Below are positions 1 through 8,854 of a stretch of 40,000 bases of DNA, piece after piece. How positions within the stretch are numbered: position 1 is the stretch's first letter; each line of letters starts with the position of its first letter. The position numbers and the translations under genes are program-made. The notes under the pieces are model-generated. The model was not told where the DNA came from. It saw only the letters and a list, made by a program, of their open reading frames with translations, and searched no databases. The DNA is from Veillonella dispar (GTDB lineage Bacteria; Bacillota; Negativicutes; Veillonellales; Veillonellaceae). The stretch covers positions 601,952 to 641,951 of the forward strand of contig NZ_LR134375.1 of the NCBI RefSeq assembly GCF_900637515.1, written 5' to 3'.

Positions 1-2
1 GA

Positions 3-1142
3 CTGCATAACCATCAAGATGAGCTAAAACGTTTCGCTAAGGTATTAAAAGAGGTATTCTTTGAGAAGCTTTCAAAGGTCGTAGGTTATAAAGTCAAACG
101 CATTAGACAAGGCGTACAGGTATCTAACAATTACGGAGCCTTCGATAACCTACTCCATAACTTAGTATGGAAATTACAAGCTCCGGATGCACCGGCTATC
201 AATGATAGTCTTAAACAAGACTATGACGATTACTATAATCATAAATTCCCTAATGAGACACTCGGTATGGATAACGTATTAGAGTTAACGATAAAAGGCG
301 ATTCCTTTGTAAAGGCCTTAATCAAGGCTCACAACCTACCTGATGCTAGATGGGTTCGCCGGTTACTACATGACAGGCCTTTCTTCTATACGAAGATCAT
401 CAAGGTTATGGCTACGTTATTTAAGAACAAGGACTATCAAAAGGCTATGGTCGATGTCGTTAAAGATAACGCTGATAATACAAGTTATATTCAGTCATGG
501 CCCTTATGGCGAGATGACCGTGACTTATCGGTCATTCGTAAATTTGTTAATATCCTTAGTCATCAATACGGTGAGCGCCAGGCGTTCTTATTCATTAGAA
601 ACGCGCCTTCCTATCATGATATTAGAGATACAGCTAGTATGTATTTTGAGTTATCAAGAAGTCGCCGTAAAGAGGTTTGGGCTAGTCGCATCCAAGTGCG
701 TAACCTACATGACACAATCTCTAGAACGCAAAAGTTCGATAAAGTGGAAGACGAAATCGTTCAGCAGCGTAAAGCACATCGTGCATTAGCTGACATGGTT
801 AACGGTTACCGCTTCATGGCAATCGGTTCTACTCACGGCATCATTGATATGGGTATACAGCTTAATAACTGTGTAAGCTCCTATATCAAGAAGGTGAAAG
901 CAGAAACGTGCGCTATCGTAGGTGTCTATAAATGTAACGAGCCTGTAGCGTGTATCGAGGTTAATCCGAAGAATGATGCGGACGACTTCGTAGAGATACA
1001 CCAGGCTAAACTTAAAAACAATCGTGGCGTATACGAAGACCACGATATCAACGGAGCTGTAACGCAGTGGGTAGCATCTCACGGCTTATGCGTTCCGGCG
1101 TATGTACGAGATATCCAGTTTGCGAAGGGAGGAGCGATGTAA
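3..1142 (+). CDS. Phage hypothetical protein, 5' end outside window; C-terminal PcfJ-like region
   Basis: The frame is open from nt 3 to TAA 1140-1142, so tracked ORF 267..1142 is probably only the distal part. The segment GIQLNNCVSSYIKKVKAETCAIVGVY...ACIEV recalls the PcfJ-like conserved core (from memory, not searched). Confidence 0.45.
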   Translation: MHNHQDELKRFAKVLKEVFFEKLSKVVGYKVKRIRQGVQVSNNYGAFDNLLHNLVWKLQAPDAPAINDSLKQDYDDYYNHKFPNETLGMDNVLELTIKGDSFVKALIKAHNLPDARWVRRLLHDRPFFYTKIIKVMATLFKNKDYQKAMVDVVKDNADNTSYIQSWPLWRDDRDLSVIRKFVNILSHQYGERQAFLFIRNAPSYHDIRDTASMYFELSRSRRKEVWASRIQVRNLHDTISRTQKFDKVEDEIVQQRKAHRALADMVNGYRFMAIGSTHGIIDMGIQLNNCVSSYIKKVKAETCAIVGVYKCNEPVACIEVNPKNDADDFVEIHQAKLKNNRGVYEDHDINGAVTQWVASHGLCVPAYVRDIQFAKGGAM

Positions 1143-1143
1143 T

Positions 1144-3558
1144 ATGGATACTACTATCATCATAGCTACGGGCAGAAGTCGCTCCGCCCGTAGCTGGAAG
1201 TCTCAGAAGATGACTTGGAGTGCTTTGGTCAGTAAATTGGCTGAACCAACTGTAACGAACGAAACGGCTGCTGAATACGCCAAGATGTCTAAAGCTGATC
1301 AGGGGCAAAAGAAAGACGTTGGCGGTTTTGTAGGTGGCTATATTCCTAAAAATGGTAGACGGATTAGAGTGGCTGTTAAAGAGAGATACTTAATCACTCT
1401 TGATGCGGATAACCCTGGCGAAGATTTCATCGTAGACCTAGATATGGAATTAGGCGGTATGGAATATGTACTGTATAGTACACACAGCCACACAGCTGAC
1501 AATCCTCGCTACCGCGTGATTATCCCCGTGGATAGACCGATGACACCGGATGAGTATCAAGCAGTCTCGAGACGGATTGCTGATAACATCGGCATTGAGT
1601 TCTTTGACCCATCCACGCACCAGGCTGAACGGCTTATGTATTGGCCAAGCCATCCTAAGGACGTCGAGTATGTATACCAACATAGCGAAGGCTCACTTGT
1701 TTCAGTAGATACCTATTTGAGTACCTACAGAGATTGGCGAGATACAAGCCTTTGGCCAACATCGGAGAAGGAATCACAAATTCGCCTTGATGCGGCTAAG
1801 AAGCAAGGCAACCCTTTAGAGAAAAAGGGCCTTATCGGTGCTTTTTGTCGATGCTACAGTATCACGGAAGCTATCCATAAGTTTCTCCCTGAAGTCTATG
1901 AACCTACAGCTGTAGAAGACCGGTACACATATGTAGCCGGTAGCTCGGTAGGTGGTTTAGTTATTTACGATAACGATACTTTTGCTTACTCCAACCATGC
2001 AACTGACCCAATCAGCGGTAAGCTCGTCAATGCGTTTGACCTTGTCCGGATCCACTTATTCGGAGATAAGGACCCAGCCGATGAGACCAGCGTCACTAAA
2101 CTTCCAAGCTACAGGGACATGATTGACTTTGTGAACGAAGACGGCGCTGCGCCAATCCTGCTCGATAAGGAACGTATGGCCGATATGGAGTTCGAGGACA
2201 TCACAGACGATGACGAGGACTTTTTATCAAAGCTTAAACGTGATAAAAACGGTACCCCTGAATCTGATGTGTACAACTGCTTAGTCGTCCTTAAGCAAGA
2301 CCCAGCGCTCAAAGGTAAAATCCGTCTCGATGAATTTGCGCACCGCTTAGTCGTGATTGACGACCTTCCTTGGCGTGGTAAGGACGAAACCCCTTACTGG
2401 ACGGATACTGACGATGCATGCTTACGTAACTACTTCGCTACGAAATACCTCATCAAGGGTAAAGGCATCATCGACGATGCGCTCCAGGAAGTCACGCAAG
2501 ATAATAAGTTCCACCCTGTGCGTGAGTATCTAAAGGGGCTAACTTGGGACGGCGAATGTAGACTAGATACTCTCTTCATCGATTATATCGGTGCGGAGGA
2601 TACGGAATACATTCGCGCGGTTACCCGTAAATGGATGTGTGGCGCGGTAGCTCGTGTTATGGATCCAGGCGTTAAGTTTGATACGGCGATTGTGTTGTAT
2701 GGTTCTCAAGGTCTTGGTAAATCCTTAATCCTAGAACGCTTAGGCCGTAAATGGTTTAATAACTCACTCGTTGACATCAAAACCAAAGATGCCCTAGAAC
2801 AAATTCAAGGCTCTTGGATAGTCGAACTTGCCGAACTGGCACCTACCTACAAGAACGATAATGAAATCGTTAAAGCCTTTATCAGTCGTACCTCTGACCG
2901 GTTCCGTTCTCCATATGGGAGACGCACCGAAGAGTACCCTCGCCAGTGTGTGTTCGCTGGTTCTACTAATAATCTTATGTTCCTTAAAGACCGTACCGGT
3001 AACCGCCGATTTTGGCCAATTACTGGCGATAAGGACCGGAAGACAAAGCACTCCTGGGACTTGTCAAAAGATGAAATTGACCAATTATGGGCAGAAGCGT
3101 TCGTGTATTGGTCTGAAGGTGAGCCTTTGGTATTGGAAGGAGCACTTGAAGAGGAAGCCCTTAGAATTCAATTATCGCACACTGAAGGCGGTGAACTAGT
3201 AGGACTCATTGAGGAATACCTCGAAATGCTACTACCTGAAGACTGGGAAACAATGGATATCTACGACAGACGAGATTACGTTGCTAATTATGGCGATGAC
3301 GATCATTGCGGTTCAGTGCAGCGGGAACGAGTGTGTGCCCTTGAGATATGGTGTGAAGTGCTTGGCGGGGACAGGAAGAACCTGCAGAACGCAAAGGCTA
3401 GAGAGATTATTGACATCTTACAATCAACGCCAGGCTGGAACCCATATACAAAAGGGACAGGAAAAGCACGTTTTGGCAGGCTTTACGGTCCACAGAGAGC
3501 GTTTATAAAGGAAGGTGCAGACCTCCTATCAATGTATAAACAAAATCAAGGTAAGTAG
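1144..3558 (+). CDS. Replication protein: primase-polymerase-like N-terminal region fused to a VirE/VapE-family P-loop NTPase
   Basis: ATG 1144 follows RBS GGGAGGAG (1127-1134) and the upstream stop, so I prefer it to the tracked 1102 start. Walker A is GSQGLGKS, Walker B-like is WIVELAEL, and GSTN...DRTGNRRFWPI is typical of the VirE family. It sits directly upstream of the iteron cluster. Confidence 0.8.
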   Translation: MDTTIIIATGRSRSARSWKSQKMTWSALVSKLAEPTVTNETAAEYAKMSKADQGQKKDVGGFVGGYIPKNGRRIRVAVKERYLITLDADNPGEDFIVDLDMELGGMEYVLYSTHSHTADNPRYRVIIPVDRPMTPDEYQAVSRRIADNIGIEFFDPSTHQAERLMYWPSHPKDVEYVYQHSEGSLVSVDTYLSTYRDWRDTSLWPTSEKESQIRLDAAKKQGNPLEKKGLIGAFCRCYSITEAIHKFLPEVYEPTAVEDRYTYVAGSSVGGLVIYDNDTFAYSNHATDPISGKLVNAFDLVRIHLFGDKDPADETSVTKLPSYRDMIDFVNEDGAAPILLDKERMADMEFEDITDDDEDFLSKLKRDKNGTPESDVYNCLVVLKQDPALKGKIRLDEFAHRLVVIDDLPWRGKDETPYWTDTDDACLRNYFATKYLIKGKGIIDDALQEVTQDNKFHPVREYLKGLTWDGECRLDTLFIDYIGAEDTEYIRAVTRKWMCGAVARVMDPGVKFDTAIVLYGSQGLGKSLILERLGRKWFNNSLVDIKTKDALEQIQGSWIVELAELAPTYKNDNEIVKAFISRTSDRFRSPYGRRTEEYPRQCVFAGSTNNLMFLKDRTGNRRFWPITGDKDRKTKHSWDLSKDEIDQLWAEAFVYWSEGEPLVLEGALEEEALRIQLSHTEGGELVGLIEEYLEMLLPEDWETMDIYDRRDYVANYGDDDHCGSVQRERVCALEIWCEVLGGDRKNLQNAKAREIIDILQSTPGWNPYTKGTGKARFGRLYGPQRAFIKEGADLLSMYKQNQGK

Positions 3559-3943
3559 GTGTGTCCAATTATTTGAGGTGTGTCCAATTATTTAATAGGT
3601 ATGAATGTTCGTAAAAATAAATATTCAGGCCTATACATCGATTAATTTTGATATAGTGCAATAATTGGACACACTAGACACGCTTGGACACACTAATTGG
3701 ACACGGGCAAAAAGCGGATAACTGCTAAACTAAATAGTAAAGTGTGTCCAGTGTGTCCAATTATTTATATAAAAATAAAAAAATAAATATATGAATAATT
3801 GGGTGTATATATATAAGCGTAAAAAACGCAAATACGCGTATATATATATGTTGGAAGAAAATTGGACACTTCGGACACACCCCCCCCATAAATCCAGTAA
3901 CGGCGCGGGTTCATAGGCGTGTCCGAGGGTGTGTCCAATTATT
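3558..3943. repeat. Iteron cluster with AT-rich centre: putative phage replication origin
   Basis: There are eleven GTGTCC-core repeats. Direct copies: 3558-3574, 3577-3593, 3742-3750, 3751-3766, 3917-3924, 3928-3943. Inverted copies: 3660-3674, 3684-3693, 3694-3704, 3861-3869, 3872-3880. Five carry the full GTGTGTCCAATTATT. They flank a strongly AT-rich stretch (~3767-3850) and a C8 run (3880-3887). Confidence 0.65.
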
Positions 3944-3964
3944 AAATGAGAACGAGGTGAGAAC

Positions 3965-4297
3965 GTGGAAAAAGACATCGAGCGATGGTTAGGAAATCAA
4001 CTCAAAAAAATGGGGTGCATATATATGAAATTCGTGTCACCTGGAAATGATGGGGTCCCGGATCGGATTATTGTACTTCCCGGAGGCGGTGTTATATTCG
4101 TCGAGTTAAAGGATACAAACGGAAAGCTAATGGCTAACCAACGAGTACAGATTTCACGATTACGAAAGCAGGGCGCTTTGGTGTTTGTGGTAACCGGGAT
4201 GCCTGATGCCAAGTTATTTGTTGAAGATATGGAAAGGGCGATACATGGACTTTCATCCACACGAGTACCAAAGCATTGCAATACAACGAATCATTGA
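3965..4297 (+). CDS. VRR-NUC domain nuclease
   Basis: GTG start follows GAGGTGA. GVPDRIIVLPGGGVIFVELKDTNGKLMANQ fits the PD-(D/E)xK core of VRR-NUC proteins. The usual pairing with an SNF2 helicase gene is present. Confidence 0.7.
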   Translation: MEKDIERWLGNQLKKMGCIYMKFVSPGNDGVPDRIIVLPGGGVIFVELKDTNGKLMANQRVQISRLRKQGALVFVVTGMPDAKLFVEDMERAIHGLSSTRVPKHCNTTNH

Positions 4298-5612
4298 CAA
4301 TACCCATTACGGCTTGTTATTGGATATGGGGTTAGGTAAAACCATATCTACACTCATTGCGATTGAACGGCTTATGTATGACTACTTTGATATTAAAAAA
4401 GTATTACTCATCGCACCTAAGAAGGTAGCAGAGTCTACATGGGCCCAAGAAACGCAAAAATGGAGTGCAACAAGACGTTTAATGGTGGCTAAGGTGTTAG
4501 GTTCCGAAAAGGAACGTATACAGGCCTTAGAGAGTGAATCTGACGTTTATGTGATAAATCGTGAAAACGTGCAGTGGCTATATGAGTACTATCGTAAGAA
4601 AAAATCGTTCCCTTTCGATATGTTAGTCATCGATGAGAGTTCTTCGTTTAAGAACCCGCAGGCAAAACGGTTTAAGGCGATTCGTAAACTTCGACCATTG
4701 TTTAAGCGTATCGTCATTTTAACAGGTACACCGGCACCTAATACCTTACTTGATATTTGGGCGCAAATGTACCTCTTAGATGGCGGTGAACGATTAGGTA
4801 AGACGATTACTGAATATCGTACCCGGTATTTTACACCGGACAAAACCAACGGGCATGTCGTGTACAGTTACCGATTACAGCCAGGTGGAGACAAAGCGAT
4901 ATTCAGCAAGATGCAGGATATCTGCATGAGCTTAAAAGCGAAGGACTATCTTACACTACCTGAACGTATCGAGAATGTCATCACAGTAGAGATGAACCCT
5001 AAAGAATGGGAACTCTATAAACAGATGGAACGTGAGCACGTGCTTAGCTTAGCCAGTGATGACGACGTAAGTGCACTTAATGCAGCAGCACTCGCTGGTA
5101 AATTGTTACAACTAGCGAATGGATCCATTTATAACGATGATGGTGAAATCGTAGTTGTCCATAACGAGAAGATTGAACGCTTGAAAGAATTGGTAGAAAC
5201 GAATGAAGGAAAACCGATGTTAGTGTTCTACAACTTCAAGCATGACCTTCAATCTATCAAAGAAGCGTTCCCGAAAGCCGTCGAGCTTAAGACCGATGAT
5301 GATGTAGCGAAGTGGAACAAGGGCAACATTCAAATGTTACTGGCGCATCCCGCATCAGCAGGGTACGGCTTAAATCTGCAAGCCGGCGGTAATATCATTG
5401 TATGGTATGGACTAACGTGGAGCCTTGAACAGTATCAACAGGCGAACGCACGACTTCATAGACAGGGGCAAACACAACCCGTGATTATCCACCATTTAGT
5501 CACTAAGGGCACGATGGACGAGCAAGTCATGAAAGCGTTAGAACGCAAAGAAGCGGGGCAAGATGCCCTCTTAGAAGCTATTAAATATCGTAAGGAATTG
5601 TATAAGGAGTAG
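4245..5612 (+). CDS. SNF2/DEAD-like family helicase
   Basis: Motif I is LDMGLGKT, motif II is VIDESSSF, motif III is LTGTPAPN and motif VI is RLHRQGQTQPV. ATG 4245 (MDFHPHEYQ) is preferred to 4206, but the start is uncertain. Confidence 0.85.
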   Translation: MDFHPHEYQSIAIQRIIDNTHYGLLLDMGLGKTISTLIAIERLMYDYFDIKKVLLIAPKKVAESTWAQETQKWSATRRLMVAKVLGSEKERIQALESESDVYVINRENVQWLYEYYRKKKSFPFDMLVIDESSSFKNPQAKRFKAIRKLRPLFKRIVILTGTPAPNTLLDIWAQMYLLDGGERLGKTITEYRTRYFTPDKTNGHVVYSYRLQPGGDKAIFSKMQDICMSLKAKDYLTLPERIENVITVEMNPKEWELYKQMEREHVLSLASDDDVSALNAAALAGKLLQLANGSIYNDDGEIVVVHNEKIERLKELVETNEGKPMLVFYNFKHDLQSIKEAFPKAVELKTDDDVAKWNKGNIQMLLAHPASAGYGLNLQAGGNIIVWYGLTWSLEQYQQANARLHRQGQTQPVIIHHLVTKGTMDEQVMKALERKEAGQDALLEAIKYRKELYKE

Positions 5613-5616
5613 AACT

Positions 5617-6114
5617 ATGCAAAAGAAATGTAGACGATGCGGGGACACATTCACAGTAAGAACTCACGAGGACTATTGTCCTGAGTGTGAGAAAGTTATG
5701 ACACCTCCTGGTGCAGGCGTGAGTAAAGAGTTAACCTGTGAGGGATGTGGCACAACCTTCATTCACAAAAAAGAAAAAGCGCAAGGTCGTTGGCCTAAAT
5801 ATTGTCCGGAGTGTCTACCTAAGTATTCGAAGGTACCTAAGAAGAAGGAAGTAGCGGTAGAACCGGTAGCCCAAACTATCGAGGAGCATGAAGTTAAGGC
5901 CATTAAAGAAGATGTTATCAACCACCCTTCACACTACACACGGGGCAAGATTGAGGTTATCGATTTTATCGAGGATCAACAACTTCCGTATCATCTAGGT
6001 AATGTTATCAAGTACATCGCAAGAGCAGGGTATAAGGGTGACAAACTCGAAGACCTAAAAAAAGCGCGGTGGTACTTAGACCGTTACATCAACGAGGTAG
6101 CGCAGCATGAGTGA
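5617..6114 (+). CDS. Zinc-ribbon plus DUF3310-like protein
   Basis: AAGGAG RBS. The N-terminus has CxxC...CxxC pairs (CRRCG, CPEC, CEGCG, CPEC). The C-terminus, HPSHYTRGKIEVIDFIEDQQLPYHLGNVIKYIARAGYKG...DLKKARWYLDRYI, matches my memory of the DUF3310 signature. Confidence 0.65.
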   Translation: MQKKCRRCGDTFTVRTHEDYCPECEKVMTPPGAGVSKELTCEGCGTTFIHKKEKAQGRWPKYCPECLPKYSKVPKKKEVAVEPVAQTIEEHEVKAIKEDVINHPSHYTRGKIEVIDFIEDQQLPYHLGNVIKYIARAGYKGDKLEDLKKARWYLDRYINEVAQHE

Positions 6115-6535
6115 TTATAAAGAAAAGGCGACTGCGTATCTGCAAGATATCAAGCTGATTGCGATTCGTATTCAATCACTACGGCAAGATATTCGCAAAT
6201 TGCAGTATGATATCATCACCTTATCGGCGATTGATTATTCCAAAGACAGAGTATCAGGGGGCGGTACTCCAGTAGGTCTTGAAGGGGACGTAGCAAGACT
6301 TGTTGATACAGTAGATGCCAAAAAACGGGAGATAGCAAAGCTTATTGCTAAAAGGGAAGAAGCAAGGGCTTTAATTGAAAAGATAGAATGTATACCAGGG
6401 CGTATTATATTAGCGCAAGAGTACATTAACGGGGCATTCCCTAAGAAGGTGCAAGCGATGATATATTACGAAAAAAGCAGTTACTTCAATTTAAAAAATA
6501 AAGCGTTGAACGAATTAGGGGAACTCCTTTCATAG
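6107..6535 (+). CDS. Putative late-gene transcriptional regulator (ArpU/RinA/DUF1492-like, sigma region-4-like C-terminus)
   Basis: A 142-aa protein immediately upstream of the packaging genes, which is the usual position of late activators in Firmicute phages. Family assignment is by size, position and loose sequence feel only. Confidence 0.4.
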   Translation: MSDYKEKATAYLQDIKLIAIRIQSLRQDIRKLQYDIITLSAIDYSKDRVSGGGTPVGLEGDVARLVDTVDAKKREIAKLIAKREEARALIEKIECIPGRIILAQEYINGAFPKKVQAMIYYEKSSYFNLKNKALNELGELLS

Positions 6536-6536
6536 T

Positions 6537-6570
6537 GGAGTACTTTGGAGTGTTTTGGAGTGTTTTGGAC
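6537..6570 (+). repeat. 3.4 tandem copies of a 10-bp unit GGAGT(A/G)(C/T)TTT
   Basis: GGAGTACTTT GGAGTGTTTT GGAGTGTTTT GGAC begins 2 nt after the regulator stop codon. The 10-bp (helical) phasing sits just upstream of a TATAAT box. Confidence 0.8.
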
Positions 6571-6599
6571 TTAAATGAACCGACTTGACAAGGTATAAT
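6565..6599 (+). promoter_or_regulatory. Candidate late promoter (perfect -10 TATAAT at 6594-6599, poor -35)
   Basis: TATAAT at 6594-6599. The hexamer at 17-bp spacing is TTAAAT (6571-6576). The TTGACA at 6585-6590 is too close to serve as a -35. The phased repeats lie immediately upstream. Confidence 0.35.
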
Positions 6600-6660
6600 G
6601 TAGTTGTGAAAGGTGTCATTAGTCATCTAACACAAATCCTCTCTTATACACAACTCGGCA

Positions 6661-6690
6661 AAAAGCACGGTGATGACGACCGTGCTTTTT
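6661..6690 (+). terminator. Intrinsic terminator (usable in both directions)
   Basis: Stem AAAAGCACGG (6661-6670) pairs with CCGTGCTTTT (6680-6689) around a 9-nt loop. There is an A-run before it and a T-run after it. Confidence 0.75.
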
Positions 6691-6972
6691 GTTGTATGTA
6701 ACATTGTAAATACAGGGGCCCGTATTTATGGTGTAGGCGATCGCGTAAGCTAAGGAGAGGGAATATGTAAAAATGAAATTTACCGCACAATGAAACCAGG
6801 GCGAGCCGAATATGTCCACATACATTTCAAAGCTTATACATTATGAGCTTGCCCTGTATCGTTGTACGCTGACATCTGATGACTAGAACTAGTAGTCCTC
6901 CGATAACTATATAGCCTAACAACAACCAACTAGTCATCGGATTTGAGCGTACAAATTATAAAGGTGAAAGGT

Positions 6973-7167
6973 ATGAGCACAGAAGTCAAATGCATTAAAC
7001 GTAAATGCCTGAATAATAAAAACGGCGTTTGCACGGCGCAACTAATTGAATATGACGGTCTGTGTCAAACCTATATCACACACGACCAAGCACACAAAAG
7101 TAATTGTGGATTATGCACTCGTTCGCACGGCCGATTTAAGAGAAACAGCCGTGATGTATTAAGATAG
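6973..7167 (+). CDS. Small Cys-rich protein, DUF1540-like
   Basis: ATG 6973 follows AAAGGTGAAAGG. VKCIKRKCLNNKNGVCTAQLIEYDGLCQTY fits the C-x4-C...C-x-A..I...C pattern I associate with DUF1540. Confidence 0.45.
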   Translation: MSTEVKCIKRKCLNNKNGVCTAQLIEYDGLCQTYITHDQAHKSNCGLCTRSHGRFKRNSRDVLR

Positions 7168-7182
7168 CCAGGAGGTGAGATA

Positions 7183-7626
7183 GTGGCTGCATTAGCAAAT
7201 AAACGACACGAAAAATTTTGTCATGAGTACATCAAGGATATGAACGCTACACAGGCTGCTATTCGCACTGGTTACTCTGAGAAAACAGCTAAAATGCAAG
7301 GTAGTCGCTTGATGACTAATGATGACATCAAGGCAAGGGTCAAAGAGCTCCGTGACGCCTACTTCAACGAAAACATCATGACGGCTCAGCAGGTCGAGTA
7401 TGAGTTAACACGAATCGCACTGGGGCTCTCAAATGAAAAACAAGTGGTTATCGAGGGCACTGGGGAAGGATGTTCCGAAGCCCGCATTATCGATAAACCG
7501 CCTGACGAGAAGTCGAGACTGAAAGCCCTGGAGCTCATGGCAAAACGGCATAGAATACTCAGCGGTGATACGACTATCGATATTAAGCCTGTACTCATCG
7601 TAGGTGGTGACGATATTGCAGACTAA
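7183..7626 (+). CDS. terS: Terminase small subunit (Terminase_2 / P27-type)
   Basis: GTG start follows GGAGGTGA. The N-terminus KRHEKFCHEYIKDMNATQAAIRTGYSEKTAKMQGSRLMTNDDIKARV is the classic small-terminase HTH signature. Confidence 0.85.
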   Translation: MAALANKRHEKFCHEYIKDMNATQAAIRTGYSEKTAKMQGSRLMTNDDIKARVKELRDAYFNENIMTAQQVEYELTRIALGLSNEKQVVIEGTGEGCSEARIIDKPPDEKSRLKALELMAKRHRILSGDTTIDIKPVLIVGGDDIAD

Positions 7627-8854
7627 TAGAGTGTACTTGCCGGATATTGTAGGCAAGGGATACGGTGCTTTTTGGCGGTTCAAAGGTCGTTATAAAGTAG
7701 TCAAGGGCAGTCGTGCCAGTAAGAAGTCTTCTACGCAGTCTCTAAAAGTCATTGTGGAGATAATGGAGAACCCTTGTATTAACTGGTTAGTCGTTCGTAA
7801 GACAGAACGGACTTTGCGTGACAGTTGTTTCGCGCAACTCAAATGGGCTATGCGCCAGTTGAAGGTGGAGCGGTATTTCAAATGTTCCGTATCTCCACTT
7901 GAGATAACGTATATCCCAACAGGACAGAAGATTCTATTTCGTGGTCTCGATGATCCTTTAAAGGTAACGTCCATTACTGTTGAAGTCGGTGCTTTGTGTA
8001 GGCTATGGATTGAAGAAGCTTACGAGATTATGAGTGAAGATGCCTTCAACAGACTGGATGAATCTATTCGTGGTCAGTTGCCTGACGGTTTGTATCACCA
8101 GGTAGTCTTAACTTTTAACCCGTGGTCCGATAGGCACTGGTTAAAGAAGCGCTTTTTTGATGAACCTAGTGACAACGTTCTAGCCATGACTACGAATTAT
8201 CTGTGTAACGAGTTCTTGAGTGAATCTGACTTAGTGTTATTCGAAGAGATGAAGAAGAACCCTAAGCGGTATCAAGTAGCAGGGCTCGGTAACTGGGGCG
8301 TTGTTGAAGGCCTGGTTTACGAAAACTGGAAAGAACAAGAATTTAGTGTTGATTATATTAGAGGTCAAACCGGTACCAAGTCCGCGTTTGGCCTTGATTT
8401 TGGTTATACGGTAGACCCTACAGCGCTAGTGTGCATGCTTGTTGATATGGTGAATAAGAAAATCTACATATTTGACGAGCTGTACGAAACAGGGCTTACG
8501 AATCAACAATTAGCATCCCGCATCATTGATATGGGTTACGCTAAAGAGAAGATAAGGGCCGATAGTGCCGAGCCTAAATCTATTGAGGAATTGTACCAGG
8601 CAGGGTTAAAAGGAATAACCAGGGCACGCAAAGGTAAAGACAGCATATTAAACGGCATTCAGAGGATACAAGACTACGAATTAATCGTTCACCCAAGATG
8701 CGTTAATGTGCTGCGTGAATTATCCACGTACCAATGGGCGAAGGATCGCTTTGAGAAATACACAGGGAAACCTGAAGACGAAAATAACCATGCTATGGAT
8801 GCTATGCGGTATGGTTTAGAAGATATTAATGTAGAAAGGTGGTCGTTTGATTGA
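7604..8854 (+). CDS. terL: Terminase large subunit (PBSX XtmB-like)
   Basis: RYKVVKGSRASKKS is a Walker A-like motif. Nuclease-type acidic motifs are GLDFGY, ADSAEPK and HAMDAMRY. It overlaps the terS end. The exact start (GTG 7604 or GTG 7631) is uncertain. Confidence 0.85.
   Translation: MVTILQTNRVYLPDIVGKGYGAFWRFKGRYKVVKGSRASKKSSTQSLKVIVEIMENPCINWLVVRKTERTLRDSCFAQLKWAMRQLKVERYFKCSVSPLEITYIPTGQKILFRGLDDPLKVTSITVEVGALCRLWIEEAYEIMSEDAFNRLDESIRGQLPDGLYHQVVLTFNPWSDRHWLKKRFFDEPSDNVLAMTTNYLCNEFLSESDLVLFEEMKKNPKRYQVAGLGNWGVVEGLVYENWKEQEFSVDYIRGQTGTKSAFGLDFGYTVDPTALVCMLVDMVNKKIYIFDELYETGLTNQQLASRIIDMGYAKEKIRADSAEPKSIEELYQAGLKGITRARKGKDSILNGIQRIQDYELIVHPRCVNVLRELSTYQWAKDRFEKYTGKPEDENNHAMDAMRYGLEDINVERWSFD

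Noticed and set aside
343-1308. Shadow ORFs 343-789 (+), 786-1082 (-) and 1048-1308 (-)
   Set aside because: They overlap the longer and better-supported frames 3-1142 and 1144-3558. They have no RBS and no motif content.
3558-3943. The repeat cluster as a CRISPR array
   Set aside because: The repeats are about 15 bp, occur in both orientations with irregular and often zero spacing, and there are no cas genes. This fits iterons, not CRISPR.
3730-3978. 82-codon minus-strand ORF in the origin region
   Set aside because: It lies in low-complexity AT-rich and iteron sequence, has no RBS and gives an implausible Phe/Tyr/Ile-rich product.
6619-6825. 68-codon minus-strand ORF in the late-leader region
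   Set aside because: It reads straight through the terminator hairpin, has no RBS, and has an odd composition.
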